Below are positions 42,649-57,600 of a stretch of DNA of 64,000 bases, in pieces. Each line of letters starts with the position of its first letter. The stretch's first letter is position 1. The stretch covers positions 18,816,259-18,880,258 of the forward strand of contig OZ037767.1 in the NCBI GenBank assembly GCA_964035545.1. Direction: 5' to 3'. This DNA comes from Bugula neritina (taxonomy: Eukaryota > Animalia > Bryozoa). Under the pieces are notes generated by a model, which saw nothing but the letters and a program-made list of their open reading frames with translations, searched no databases and was not told the DNA's origin. A program made the translations under genes and the position numbers.

Positions 42649-45600
42649 ATGGAGGTCTCGGGTGAAGGAACTTTCATGCAGGAAGTTAGAGATAATTTCC
42701 TGTTATGTAAAATCTGCAGCAAGGATTTCGATAGACCGAAAACTCTACCCTGCATGCACACATTTTGCTACAACTGCCTAGTCAAGTATGCAGGTAAGAG
42801 CTAGTAGTATTGTCTACACTAACTTCAGAGTAATAGTTTATAAAATCTTTAATTTCTAATTTTACAGACACAGGACAATGTTGTATTATATTATAAATGT
42901 ATCTAAATTTGTTTTCAACAGCTGAATTAGCTGACATGACATTGAATGACATGAACTGAGAATGACATGAAACTTAGTGTCTCTACAGTCTGCACCTTAG
43001 AAACTGAGTAAATCTAGTCATGATGGAAGTTATACTTCCTACTGCCTGTCTTCCAGTCACAATAATAATATTCTATTTTTAGGTTTCAATTTCTCTAAAG
43101 TTTTAAAGTATTTCTGAGAAAAACCATTAGTTCTCAAATTAAAAGGTTTCGATATTAAAGGCCCAATATGTTGCTTTATTACATTTTTTAGATGATCAGT
43201 CCACAGGTAGTGGTACGGGCGTCACTGTCCCTCCCCTCTTCAGTAGTCAAGGAAATAAAATCTCAGTCTAAGATATCTTTTCTTTTCCACTTAGAATTTC
43301 CCAATTGTATTTTCAATATCTGCATTTATTAAATTGTAGAAGTTATTTGCTCTTTCCAGTTCATAATTCAAGTATAGTTTAAAATTAAGTTTAGAATTTA
43401 TACAATTAAGGCAGTAAAGTCAATCTTCATTAGCCATTAGGTCTCGTCACCCATAACATGTTGGACATATTTTGTTTAAGATTTGCTACCTAAATCTCAA
43501 TTTGTATTTACAGTTATATTACAGTTACAACCAGCCTCTTATTTTTCTCCTTTCATGTTACCCAGTAATATTTATTCTGCTTCTAATCTAAACTCAATTT
43601 GCTAGAGTTTCCCATCATTACTCTGTGATACAATGGCATTCACCAGCTATTTACTAATCTATTTACTAATCAACTCTATTGTTACCCATTTTATAGATAC
43701 TCTTTTCTATTGTAATACTTGAATCATTTACTCTGTATTAATTGAAATATTACTCTAATTTTATATAATTGCTTGCACACCTTAGAGAAATCTTGCAGCT
43801 GTAATCAACTGTGAGTGGGAGTAAATAATATAATTGGCAAAGTTACATTAAATTTCTCACATTGGGTTTAATAAAGGCATCTAACTCATTCCTTTAGGCT
43901 ACGGGCGAAGTATGTTTTGTCAGTTGATCAAACATTTTGAGTTCAGGCAATAGTTTTATGCAGTTGCTATATTTCTATAGCTCTCAACTGAGAATATTTA
44001 GGAAATGACAACTCCTAAAGTTGCTAATTTCTTTAAAATATATAATTATTTGGCTGATATAATAGGGTGATTATAAGCTATCTGATAATTATTTTGAAAA
44101 ATTTCTACCAAATACATATACATATGTTACTATAATGTATATATGTACATATAATAATATATGAATTCATGCTCTATACCAATTCACTAAGCTGCTTCTT
44201 TATACTATAGTAATTGTAGTTAGAATATTAAGCCTTTGCTGTTATATAATATTTTGTAGTGGAATATATTCAATTCCACATGTTGTCAATGTTATCATTT
44301 CTAAATTGTGCAATTGGCAATAACTGCCAGTTGCCAAGTGTCAATATCTCAAATCACCTATATTTTTATTTATTGAAAATTTAGCATATTTGCTAAACTC
44401 TAATGCAATAACTAATTTTATCATTAGAACATAATCAATTGTTGCTATTTTTAAATCAGCTTTTTACCATTTGCGTGACTATTTTAAAAATGGAGTCCAT
44501 AAAGGTAAATCCATGTGTTTACAGGTAAATTAACATGTTTACAGGTGACTCAAAGCAAACTTACAGGTATTCAACATACTGCAAGCCAATAACATGTCCA
44601 GTGTGTAACAAACGAACCAGCATCACCAAACATGACATCGACTCATTGCCGGATAACTTCCTCATCACTAGCCTCTCTTTGGTTATCAGAGATAAGAGCA
44701 AAGACACTGTTTCCTGTCAGATATGCACCCGGAGACCCAAAGGTATAAACACTCTCAGCTAAATCAACTTGTCTAAGAATTTCTATAGTAGTTCATGAAT
44801 TATACTTTATCAGGAAGTGTGTGACAGGAAGTGTGTGACAGAAAGCGTGTGACAGAAAATGTGTGACAGAAAGTGTGTGACAGGAAGTGTGTGACAGGAA
44901 GTGTGTGACAGGAAGTGTGTGACAAGCAGGCAGTTGAATACTCTGAGAAATCAAATTAAACAAATTTACTTCGACACACTTTTAAATTGTCAGGTTCTGA
45001 TGCTAAAACAAAGTTAAAGACTTTCTAATTTTCCAAAAGAGTCTGTTTCTTTATCGATCAGAGTTGTACCTCAGCCAGCCAATGCAGCTCAAAAGATATT
45101 AGCTGCACCCTTTCTTAAACCTTTGTTTTTAACAAAAAGTGTTTTTAGTGAGAACAGTTTCGCTTATTGAAAATATTCTGGATTCACAAATCACATTGAA
45201 CTGATTGAAGTCTTACTCACTAACTGAGTCAACACAATAAAGACTGATGAGCCATACAAAGCAGACAGCATCAACAATGCTCACTCTACTTTTAGTTTCA
45301 CAATTTGGAGTTATTTTCCCACTTTCTGTTTAGTTAGAAATCCATTGATTAATTCATGCGAGTTGCTATAACCTCCACTACTAAAATACTTTTTACAGGT
45401 CGAAGGCCGACTGCTGTACAAAGATGTCTAGAGTGCAACAAGCAGTTGTGTAAGAGGTGTGTGGCTCAACATCTCAGCACTAAAGTTACTCAGTCACACA
45501 CTCTGTACACTCTGGAGAACGCTCATAGACTGGTGTGCCATGAGCATGAGGACGAGGCAGTCAGGTGAAGCACCCATCCCTCAGATAGTGATAAGATGAA

Positions 45601-48600
45601 TATCTGATGCTAACTTAATATTTAAAAGTTGCAACTTGTAATGAAGAATAATGCCTTTAATATATAATGTCCAGTGCTCTGAAATAGCATCAGGCTGCTT
45701 CTGTGTTGAAAAAGTCTTCAAACTATTTTCTTGCTATTGTTTATGGGGACGACTAAAACCTACCTAAATACCAGCACAATTTTTACAGGAATTTTGGCTA
45801 TAAATAAACATAAAATGTAGAATTTTATAGTTCTATTATAAAATAATTATTTTGCTGCTTTTTAAGTTCATACCCATAACAATTTTCTTTACCTATTTGT
45901 AAATTGATAAAAATGCTATTCTACTTTTTAAACTAATCTCACATTTTTACTATCCTATATAAATTTTCCGCTAGCTTTTTAAAAGTATGATGTGGGTTTT
46001 TTCAACTTTTGGAAATTTAATTGAAATTTGTGTTTCAGGTTCATCTGCAAGACGTGTGCCAAGTGCATCTGCGTGTTCTGTACTCACACGACTCACACCG
46101 GCCATGACATCATGTCCATTCTAGAAGGTTCCGAGAACTGTCAGCAGGAGCTGGAGAAAACAATGGAGAGCTGCGAGGATCAAATTCGGAAGATAAACAG
46201 CCAACTCACGTTCATAGAAATCTGGGAGAAATGTTACAACGACACTAAGGAGCACATCATGGCCACTTCCAGTGACTTCCTCTCTCAGGTCAGGGTCAGA
46301 AGTCAAAGGTCAAGATAGCCTAGAGAAATTTTAAAACTGTTTGACATTATTTGATCTTGTTGTAAAGAGTTTTGCTTATGTCATGTGTAAACATGGCTAC
46401 TTGAAAGTGTAGCTGTTCTCAACAGTGAAACATCCTGAGTCAGTACGTTACATAATAATTATGTGCAACAAGAATTGTATGTATGTATATGTTTATATGT
46501 ACAATAAGAATTGTGGGATATTTAGGTTGAGAAGCAGAAGTTGTGTATCCTTGCTAAACTGGATGATCTCTATGGACCAGACGTGCTGGGAATGATGAGT
46601 CAGAAAGAGTCTCTTGTACAGAACCTTGAGAGTCTTTCTAGGTATTTTACTATACGCTATCATATTATTACTATATTATTATATTATTACTATATTAGTA
46701 TAATATTACTATATTATTATATTATTACTATATTATTACTACACTATGATATCATTACTGTAGTATTATATTATTATTGTATTATTATAATAATACAATA
46801 CGAATATATTATTGCTACATTGTTATAATGATATTGTATTAACATATTATTACTATATTATTATAATAATACCATAGTATTAAATTATTCAGTATTAATA
46901 TAGTACTGATTTACTATATTAATACTAAATTATTTTACCAATGCTGTATTATTATATTATTGCTATAGTGTTACATCATCATTGTATTAGTCTCTTAATA
47001 CAATACTGTAACATGATCGCTAAATCATTATCATTGATTTGGATGTTATCTGTAGTAGTTATGTGATTTTACCAAAGTTATGTCTAAAATTGTTGATTAA
47101 CTATGTTGTACATTATCATGGAACATGAATTACATATCTCACAATATTAATGTTGGCATTATTGTTAGCATGTTAGTATTAATGTTAATGTAGAATATAA
47201 CGTTAGAGTTTGTCTTTCACTGTAATTTTGTTTTCTGTGAATTTTAATGTTGACAGAACTCTAAATCTAAATTTTATCTGAAACTAGCAACTAATTTTTA
47301 TTTGTTTATAATTCTTTTGGGTTTTATAAGCAATATTATTTTAGTGAAAAGTATTTAAAAATAATAAGGCGAGCAAAACAAACCATCACACAAGATATCA
47401 ATATTGTTATGCTGTCTTTCAGAGCTCGTGAATATAAAGAAATAGTTCCTAGCTCCGACTCTATTGAATCCATCTTTCTTCAAAATGAACTTCAAAGTAA
47501 AGTTAAACACCTGTTGGACACGCCTCTTCCTGACTCTGTTGAGAATATGTCCAATAGTGACCTCACAATCTCTTTTGAAAGAGGTAGAAATAATATTTTC
47601 TTATTGTAATGAATTGTTGTAATGTGCTGATAAAGTATAGTGTAGTGTAGTAATATAGTGCACTGCTCTGCAGTGTAGCATTATGTAGTGTAGCATGATT
47701 ATTATGAAGGAGCTAGATTTTGTAAAGAAGGCGAGATAAATTATCAGCTAGCCTGTGTCATACACTAAATATAATGCTGGAGTAAAGTAGAGTCAGTAAG
47801 CCATTTACTTCATCTTCCGGAACCAGAACGACTTCAACTGCAATAAGCTGTAACTTTTTCTAACAAACACCAGTGCTAACATCTGGCAAAGTGATTGACA
47901 AAAAGAAGCTTTTCAAGTGAGAATATTTGTTGAGTTTTAGTGTCGCTTACTCTAAAGGTTTTGCTTTGGAAATAAACATTTCATTCTCTTTTGCAGGTGG
48001 GCTTAGTCTTGGCTCCTTGATAACGCATGAAGGAGAAGAAAAGCCCCTTTACTATGATGCTGATAAGATTGAAGAATTAGAACCTTCAAGTAAATGGTGT
48101 AGGAGATGTAGATCTCGGTCTAGGAGTAGATCAGTTGGTGTGGATTAGTACCTTGTCCTCACATCCATAATCTATGGCCACTAGCAGTGTACTATCAATA
48201 ACAACTATCCAATTAAATAAGCAATAGCTATGAAAAGTCTTTACACATAAAAAAAAGGAACAATAATTGTTAAAAAACTAAAGTGCTTGTTTACTATAAT
48301 CAATGTTTGTAAAAGACTAAAACTACGATTACTTTAATAACTACTCCTTTGCCAGTAGAAAACTTTTTGCGTTCTTACAACCTGACTACTGTGGGTCTAT
48401 CTTCTAAAAAGTATATTTATGGCCTGGACAAAATATTGCTAGTTTATTGGTTAATCATTTTTTATAGTTATAATTTTTTCCTTTAATAAGGACATCACAA
48501 TTTATTGTAATGTTGCCTTTCATTAGCAACATCATGCCTTATGTGAAGCAATAAAACTGTCCATGTCATATAAATTTTGGGCTGATTTTCTGATAATATC

Positions 48601-51600
48601 TGAATTTGCAGTGTTTACTTTTAGAGGCTGGTTACACAACGTCTTTAACACCTCTACATACAGAAACAGACATCTCACTGACTGATGTTTCAGCTTTGGG
48701 TACTCTCTCTCCTATGGTAAGCACATTAATTCTAGTAGTCTTGCCTATAATTCAATTACTGATTACTTTGTTACATAGTTGTAGCCCAAGTTATGTGCTA
48801 TTACTTTACCAAGTGTGGAACTTTATATCATAGTTTCGGGACTTGAAAGCAATGAAATGATTTTTATTTTAGCCATCTGCCAAGGACTCACTAGCATCAT
48901 CTGTAAATTTAGATGAGGTTCAACAGGACAATGAGATATCATCGTATAAGCGGTCAGGTGGCTTCAGCAATCACACCCTTCAGTCTGAGGCATTACGAAA
49001 CATAGAACACATGCTACCTCTAGATATTCCAGATGTCGTTTGTTCCGCCAAGATCACGACTGAGGCGTATAGTCAGTGTGAGTCACCACACAAATCAGAC
49101 AACTTCTCTCAATATCCGTCTGCAGAGCTCAAAGACTCGGCTTGTCAGAGTCTTAGCACTAGTTATGTTGACTCGGCAACTCAATACTTGAGTGAGTTGG
49201 CTGATGCGACGAGTCAGTGCGTCCAAACTCGTCACGTTGACTCAGGTACTCAGTGGGAAGACAAGGACAGTGTGCTAATGACTGCTGCCAGCTGTCAGAA
49301 TGAAGTCTATGCAACTGCTGACAGTGAGTGTCAATATGAGAACCAATCTGCAGATGTGGGAACTCAGTTTGAGTTGACCACACACGAGTCGAGTAGTCAG
49401 TATGACATAGCTACTAGAAATAATATGCAGACAACAACAGACCTGACCTTTGATGTCAAATCTAATAATCAAAATAGCATAATTGGTAGGAATATTGTGA
49501 CCAACACTAAAGTGAAGATTTCACCTATACCTGAAACAGTAGACCAGTTTTGTATGAAGAAACCAGAAACTTTCAACAGTTGTACCATGACAAATTTGCC
49601 TGGTTTAAAACACATCTCTACAAACACAGTGGCCAGAAGAAGGGTGGATATGGCATGCGATCCCATCATTGACCACATTTCTACTCGACATTCTCAGACT
49701 ACTTCAACATCAGTAGCTGATGCCACTACAAACACTAGACTTCCACCTGTGTTAATTCATTCTGAAACTAACACTGAAATAAGGAGTCACCAAGATGAGG
49801 CAAACCAGACTGTTGCTCTTAGAACTAAATCTCAAGGAACTATGATTCAGCCATCACTAGCGGAGTTTGGAGTAGAAGCTAAACCAATCACTATGAACAC
49901 TTTTACAAACACAGATAGTTTTTCCACTCGTCATGTAAATACGCAAACCGTGCCTGGTACACGGTTCCACAGGTCAACAAGTACTACTTTAGTTAGTACT
50001 GTCAGCCGTGGAGTTACAGCACACGTCCTGGGAGCCAGTAGCCAGACCAGCACAGCAGATCTGCTGCATAAAGTGGCATCTGGCACTCAGACTCAGCAAA
50101 CTCTCATTGATTCTAGAGTGGGTCCTGAAGAACTGAGCTATTCAAACAGCTCAACCAACACTGTAAATAATTCAGCAGTAACAGTAGCTTGTGGACCAAA
50201 CAGCTCAATGGACAACTTCAAATCTATAGCAGTGGGTACTGCACCCAAGCCCAGTCAAAGAAGTTTAGGTGTGAATGTTAGGGCTATTATGACAAATTCT
50301 TGGACTAATCCCATAATACAACCTGTATCAAGTAAAGCGTGTGGAACTGAGAAAGTGCGACATAGACATGTTGGTCTGTTCGTTCGTCCATCAGCTGTAG
50401 ACAGCACCACTATGACTGTACCTCCTCAACTAAAGAATGCTTCATGTGGAGATAACCCTATACTTACACAAAGTACTAAGCAGAGTGATACAAAAGACCT
50501 GATCAACTATGCGGACAGCCAAACGAATACTTCACGTATGTTTAGCTCTGTTTGCCTAACTATTTTTATAGTCGTGTAGTCGTGTGGTACTGTTTCTTAG
50601 AGTTGTTCATATATCAGTACTTCTAGTGACGTCACTGTGTGGTTGATTTTAGCAGACTATTTTGTGTGGTGTCTTTAACAATCATTTTTAATTAAAGAAA
50701 ATTTGAAAAAAGAATGATGAAATTTGTATTAAAATGTTATCCCTTAAAGTGCATACATTTCAACACTAATGTGTCCCTAGCTCTATAATAATATTATTAT
50801 TTACCACATCTTTTTATCAAATTGTTTAATTTTCACTAAAAGAATCGCTGGGTTTGAAAATCTTGTAGATGCAAGTGTACTTCATCTACTTCTCACTTAT
50901 CTGTATGCATCAGAAAATTGTCAAAGACCAAGTGCAGCCAATATACTGTTTGATTGGTGTAATGGAATGTTTTATAACAACACAAAGAATCCTCTGAAGT
51001 ATATAATAAGCAAGTCTTTTAAGCAAGTTTTATAAAAAGGAGAGAGGTACAGAATATTTCAATTCTTTTAATTGCAGGTGAAAGAGAGAGAAAGAAATTT
51101 AACCAGTCACACTGTACTCAGACCACCCATGTCGTTATGGCTGACAATTACACTGTCATGTTGCATGGCTTCCCAGTTGATAAGTCAACAAACACACCCC
51201 ATCAGCTTCCTCAAGAAGTTCTCAGCCAGTTCCAGGGGAGCACCACTTCATTGGATACAAGTCACAGGTACTGATACTTTGTTACCATATTTATATTACA
51301 GAGAATTAGTGAAGTGAAGTGTGCTGTAGAGTAGAAAGGTCATGCTTTTCAAACTGACAAAGTCTTAGCTTCTTGAAGAGAAAAATTATAGTGCATGCTG
51401 TTTTGAAAACTGCATTATAGTAAGTTGATAATGTACATAGTTAGTCTTTTTCCGTTTGACCATAAATATGGTTAATATTTCCAACTGTATTCTAAATAAG
51501 CTTTGTTTAATTATAGTAAATTATCTGCAATATAACCGCTATGTTTATGTAATTGTAAGGCACGGTGCATTCTACAGGTTTAGGTTGAAAAAAGTTGCAC

Positions 51601-54600
51601 CAACCAATAAGCAGGTACTAATGCAATTTTGACATCACAAACATGTGCCCAGCACTGTACACAGTATGTATTACTTGTGGCTACATAGGTAGCCTGAATT
51701 ATATTCTATAGAGATGTAAAATTTTAATACCTCAAGTTTTAAGACAGTGCATGTTTTTACCAATTACTGGAAATAAGCTATAAGATGGCCTGTAATTAGT
51801 AATGAACATAAAGGCATGTGTTGGCACTTGGCATATGCCATGTTACTCTACACTGCTGTGCACATGCTTGGAAATGTCATGACTCATTCTGAAACCCTGT
51901 GGATGTGTTATTTGTAATTGCCAAACCACTCTAGATGGGCACCATGTTAAGACATGACTAATGATGTTATAGTAACTCTGACACTATTTTACACATGCTC
52001 AGTGTTGTCAGATACGTTTTACTCATAGAACAGCAGGCTGTCAAGAAAAAACTGTCAAATAGAGTGCATGCAAATTTAGCCTTTTAGAAGTTTGTGTGTG
52101 CATCAATTTTTTGTAAATATTCGGTAACATCATTTTTTTTCACAAATTAGCCACATCAATTGACACATCTTTCTACATGCAGTACCTGGGGGGTTAGTAT
52201 GCAGCCCTGACACTATTCTCCATGAATTTCTTACCCAGCAGCTGCTAGTATTTTTAGTCACAACCTGATGTAGTTTACAGTCACAAATTATATCATAATG
52301 CAGCCTTAACATTAAGGGCAAAAAACACTGCAAGAAAATCTGAAGGAACAATAATTGATATAAAAAAGCACCAAGGTTTTCTTTTGTAGTGTTTTCACCC
52401 ATATATATTATGTACTACAATTTTGAAGTGGGTGTAAGTTGTTCAAAGTGTAGATGAAAATCAATATGATAGTGAACTGCACTATATGTCGGTAATGAGT
52501 GTATATAGTAATGTGTAGGTATTGTTGCGCCATGCATGCTTTATTTTGAAATACCGAGACAGGAAATAAAACAATGTTTGACTCAAAGTTGTATTTTTAC
52601 CTAATCTTTGAGCGGGTCAGTGAAAGAATTTCCATTACTAATTTCCAGTTGATTTCGGACACATTTCTATCACAACGTGGTTGGGACAGCATTCTACATA
52701 AGCTTGATATTTTTACTGCACATATCGCACATCATGTTGCTGGATTTTAGGTCTGTTCAAACAGAGTGGACATTCAGCATAAACAGTTCTTCAATCACCC
52801 GTGTGCTTCCCACAATTCCCCAGTATGAAAGACTGAGCATGCTTAGAACTAACACTTCCTCTAAATCTACATCATATTTAGAAGGTGACATTTATGTTTT
52901 GCTTTATCATTCCATGGGTTACGGCTATGTTCAGCCAACCACATGCGTAACGCTTAATGTGGCGGCTCATTTTAAACAAAAAGTTTTTACATTCCTAATC
53001 TCCACAGGTTTTAGTGAAGTTTATTAGGCCTTCTCAAAAATGTGTAATTTATTGAACCCAACATCATTTGAAGAAACAAATGTACTTCAAACACAAACTT
53101 ATTATGAATCGATTTTTTTCTTGTCCAACTGATTGACTCTTTATTTCTTCTGGTAACTCAGAGTTTTGACTTGCTGTCACTTTTTTAAGTGATATTTCCT
53201 CCTTTGATCGGCAGACGCCACCGGATCCGGCCAGGCCGAGACCAACATACCGTCTTTACACAGCCTCAGTAAGTCAAGTGAATCGAGGCCGGACTACACT
53301 GCACCGTCCCCTCTAATAAAACCAGTCATGTGTGACCAGTCTACAAGCACCGCCACACTCTCCAGTCTGCTCCATCCCGAGAAATCTGCTACTGACTGTA
53401 TGGACCACAAGATCTCCGAGTGTATAGTCAAACTCAGACAAGTATGTCTCTGATGTATTCTTCTCAGGTTTACAGATAATTTATGTGTATTTCTACTTGG
53501 GGCTTTGTGCATACAACAAATTAAAATTATCTAATTGTTTTTATTCAAACACGCCTATATAGCCAAAATAAGTTGAGCAACTTTACCATTAAGATTGTTT
53601 GGTTTAAATTTATTTTTGGAACGTGTGAAGTGCACAAATTATTGCACACAATATCTTTTTTTTAAATGGCTATTATAATATTTTTACTGAATGATTGTAA
53701 GCTTCCATAAATTTAGCAAAGTATATTTCAAAAATTTTCCTTTTTCTCAATTCATTTAAAGACGAAAATGTTTTTTAAATCTCGATTAAATTTTGTGTAA
53801 ATAAAACAACTAAGCAGTTTTACTTCTGGTTTGTGTGTCAAGCATTTACTGTTCATCTCGTAAGTTTGTCATTGTCAGGTAACACAAAAACTACAAAAAA
53901 GTACTACCGACGTGAACAACCCTGAAAGCTGGTCAACAGCAAGCTCTACTGCTGCAGAAGTAGTTGACATTGGTAAGCTGCTGCTAGTCATTATAAGGCC
54001 AAGGCCAACACTGGGTTTTATAAAATGGGGCTTATGTCATATTTGATACGTTTAGAACTTACCTTTTAATAAACCATAAAACGAAATTCTTTAGGGTATA
54101 AAACTAATATGCTACACTTGCAATATTTTAAAAATATGGCTATATTAAATCTAAACCAAATCTCATGCAGTGTTATAAATACATGTTCTATTTTTATTTT
54201 ATTTATTTTTTCAAAAATTCAGCTTCAAACAACTTTCTACACACTTGAACTACCGCATCATTAGCACAGACTGTGAAATATTTTTTATTACCTTATTCAA
54301 GTTTATAACTTTGAGAAGAGAATCTAAGTTCTGCAGCAATGTGTCATATAGTGATTTATTATATGTATTTGGCAGATAAAGACGCTATTGGACGCCGCCG
54401 GAGGAAGTCAACGCCAAACATGGCTACCCCAACTGAAGGACAAATAAGCAGACCTATCAGAGAGGCTGAGTTTACCACCAACACTAACCAGGTAAAGATG
54501 TGATTTTGAAGTGTATGACATGAAGCTAGATTCTAGTCTATCTTGTAGAAGCTGGTGTTATAAGTATAGCTGCCAGGGTTTTTATTACCATATGTTCTTA

Positions 54601-57600
54601 GTCAGCATTGTTTGTTGTAAGTTACAGGAACTCATTATCTGCAAGACTGCTTCAAAGAGAGGCCAATCGCTGTCTAAGCTATGACTCAAAAGCAGCTTTA
54701 TCAACATTTAGTTTATCTCAATTCATATGTTGTTTTATGTGTTTATTCAGATGCAGCTCTTTCTTGGCTATTTCTGCATAATATTTGTTTAGTGTTTAAA
54801 CTAATAGTTTATGAAATTCATTTTATCACATTGAACTATAATGAACTTACTTAGCAATGTGGTGTAGTGATAGAATTAATCACACCTATACTTATTTACA
54901 TGTGAGCTAGGCATACTAACATTATATAAAACTAGCTATAACACGAACATAAACTGGTTTAAACCCAATTGTTGACAAGACTTATGTTCAATGTATTCAA
55001 TACAATCAGTATAGTCTACAGATCATGGTTCTCTTTACCAATAGATCTTATTAAAGTTAATATGGATATCCAATAAGAAAAGGCTAAGCATTTTGATATA
55101 ATGTTGGCAATTGTCTTACCATATTGCCAATTGCTTATAATATTTGCTTGTATGCATGCAGTTTGCAGTGACATTGTAGCCTGTTTATAAGCATGGTGTT
55201 TGTGTTTTATTCTGCCCACAGAATGCTTGGCATGATGGAAACTTTATGAGCCCTGTGTCAACCCCACCGGAAAGAGTAATTGCTACATACCAAGATACTC
55301 TAGTTGATGTTGACATCAATGCACCTACAATAGCAACTGCTGTTGATACCAGTTTACTTCACAAAGCACCTGCTGACACCAGCTCACTCAACAGAGCACC
55401 TGTTCAGTGTCTGACATACTGGCCAACATTGAAATTGAAGTCTATGGCTGATAATAGCTCTATGTCCACAGCATTAACTAACGCTACTGTCATTAGAGCG
55501 GTACGAAATTCTATTCCAATGTGTACTGTATTGACTTTTTCCATCAACACTTTGGTAAACTATGCTTCTTCTACATGTGGTTTATGTGTTTAGAGTGCAT
55601 GCATATTGCTGCTACTAGCTTTCTTGTGAATATGCATGATTCTAGAATGCTTCATGTCACTGGAAGTGTACAAATTAATAGGACTGATTGAGCTATCCTT
55701 CAAACTACATGAGTTTAACTATTGTCATTTAATAGTTGAAAAGGTTTTCTAAAAACAGACGCAAGATTTCAGAAAATTCCAGTAATCCTATCAACCCAAA
55801 ACCATCTTTGCCTTCTGAGGAGTTGCTAAGCAGAGATTCCAAACCAGCATCTATCACTACAGGTAGCAGCCTCATTACTCTGTTCTCTATTTTGTTACTG
55901 TATTTAGCATGATATTGCAACTTAAAAATAGTTGCCCCTACTGGGATTCAAACGCGATACTTTTGGCTTGCGAGCTGCAGGCGCTAACCATTACACCACA
56001 GGGATATCTGGATAAACTAAACACTACTGAAACTATACAAACTTTACAGTGCGATGTGTTTCGTTCCACATACAAAGTATTTGGTGACATTAGGATATAA
56101 AAGTTCTACAAAGGAATCCAAATTGGTAAAACTGTCTCTAGATAGACTTGGTTGTTCTACAGGTGGGCGGTATCTGATGCCAATGCGCAGTCAGAATCAT
56201 TTGGGCCAGAAATCTTGGGATCTCAAAACTCTGGTACAGGAGGAAGACAGGCTAAAAAGAGCTGCCACCAGGAGATCCACAGAGCAGCTAAACCTGCAGG
56301 GTTCACCGTGAGTACTGGCCGTCTAGTTTAGATAAGATCTGCTCAGTATATTCTGTAGGTGTTTGGATAAACACTGTGATGGTGATATAAGTACATTCTG
56401 CTCAACTTGGTCAAATAGTTCATCAAGTAAAGTACCTCACCTATTAAATTGGCCACTTAATGAAATTTGAATTTGTTTTGAAAAATATTTTAACATTTCT
56501 GTCAGTGACTGCAGAGCTGCAAAAGCAATGTCAACCCATTGTATATGCTCCCTAGACCACCATGCAAATTCTTATTATATGCAATTATTGTTTATTAGAG
56601 AACTAATAATTTTTAAAAGGATAATTGTTTCTTTATGTTTCTTTTTCGAAACAATCAGTTGTCTTGAAGACAAGTTTGCTTTTTCTCTTGTAAATTGAGT
56701 TTGAGATATATTCTCACTGTATAATATTAGGAGTCCAGTTCATAGGCGACAGAGCAGTTCAGCTAGTACTTCATCCACCCTGAGCCAGTCAATGTTCTCA
56801 GCTAGCAGCAGTGTGTATGGCTCAACAGAAAGTTTGAACCAATTGGGAGGCAAGAAATCCACTGCTCGAGTAAGTTTGAGACAAATTCTGTATGTAGCAG
56901 CTTTAAGTCTTTAGACTAGACATGTTCCCCAATTTAGACCTGCTATTTCTACTCCAGATATACTGTAGTGTTGTTTTTCCATAATCTTAGCATAGTCGAA
57001 TATAGCATGTCATTTAAAATTTGGATTAATGTTTGCATTGCTTTTATAATTTGCAGAGCTTTCACAATTTTGAACTATAGCATATATATACTATTCAATA
57101 TAAAATAATGATGCTAACTTTTCTCACCAATAAAAGCTTATTGCATACAATAAAAATAATTTTTGTAGATACAAAAAAAATTTTTCACTTGCAGTCAAAT
57201 TGATTGAAACCGATCATCAGTAGAATAAATTACATGATTGCCCTCTATCTAAAGTGTATTATTTTCCCCCTATTAGCCCGAGGTCTACAACAAAAGTGTG
57301 GTTCCCCTTGCTAGTGACTCTAGTAGTACACAGGCTTCTTCTTTACCCCCTGACTTTCCAACTAAAACTGTACGCAAGACTAAACATTTAAAGACTAAAG
57401 CTCGCAGTCGACAAATGCCACCCTCAGCTTTACTCGGTATTAACTTTCTAATAGTTTTGTTCTATATTTTCATTTCTTCAGATATCACAAATTTATTTTG
57501 TTTTTGTGTTCAAATTGAAACAAATATTTTAAAATTTTCTAATTCTAAATTCTAGGAAATGATCCAACGCCTGAACAGAAACAGACTAAATGGCGATTAA

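Noticed and set aside
43200-43910. Possible decayed LINE fragment in TRIM intron 1 (similar impression at 61390-61650)
   Set aside because: No RT or endonuclease motif could be read with confidence in any frame.
48090-48148. RS-rich alternative C-terminus (RRCRSRSRSRSVGVD*) giving a short TRIM isoform
   Set aside because: Equally explained by read-through past a donor; cannot be supported without transcripts.
55932-56004. Functional tRNA-Ala gene
   Set aside because: Acceptor and anticodon stems pair poorly and the B box is mutated (GTTTGA); treated as SINE head or pseudogene.
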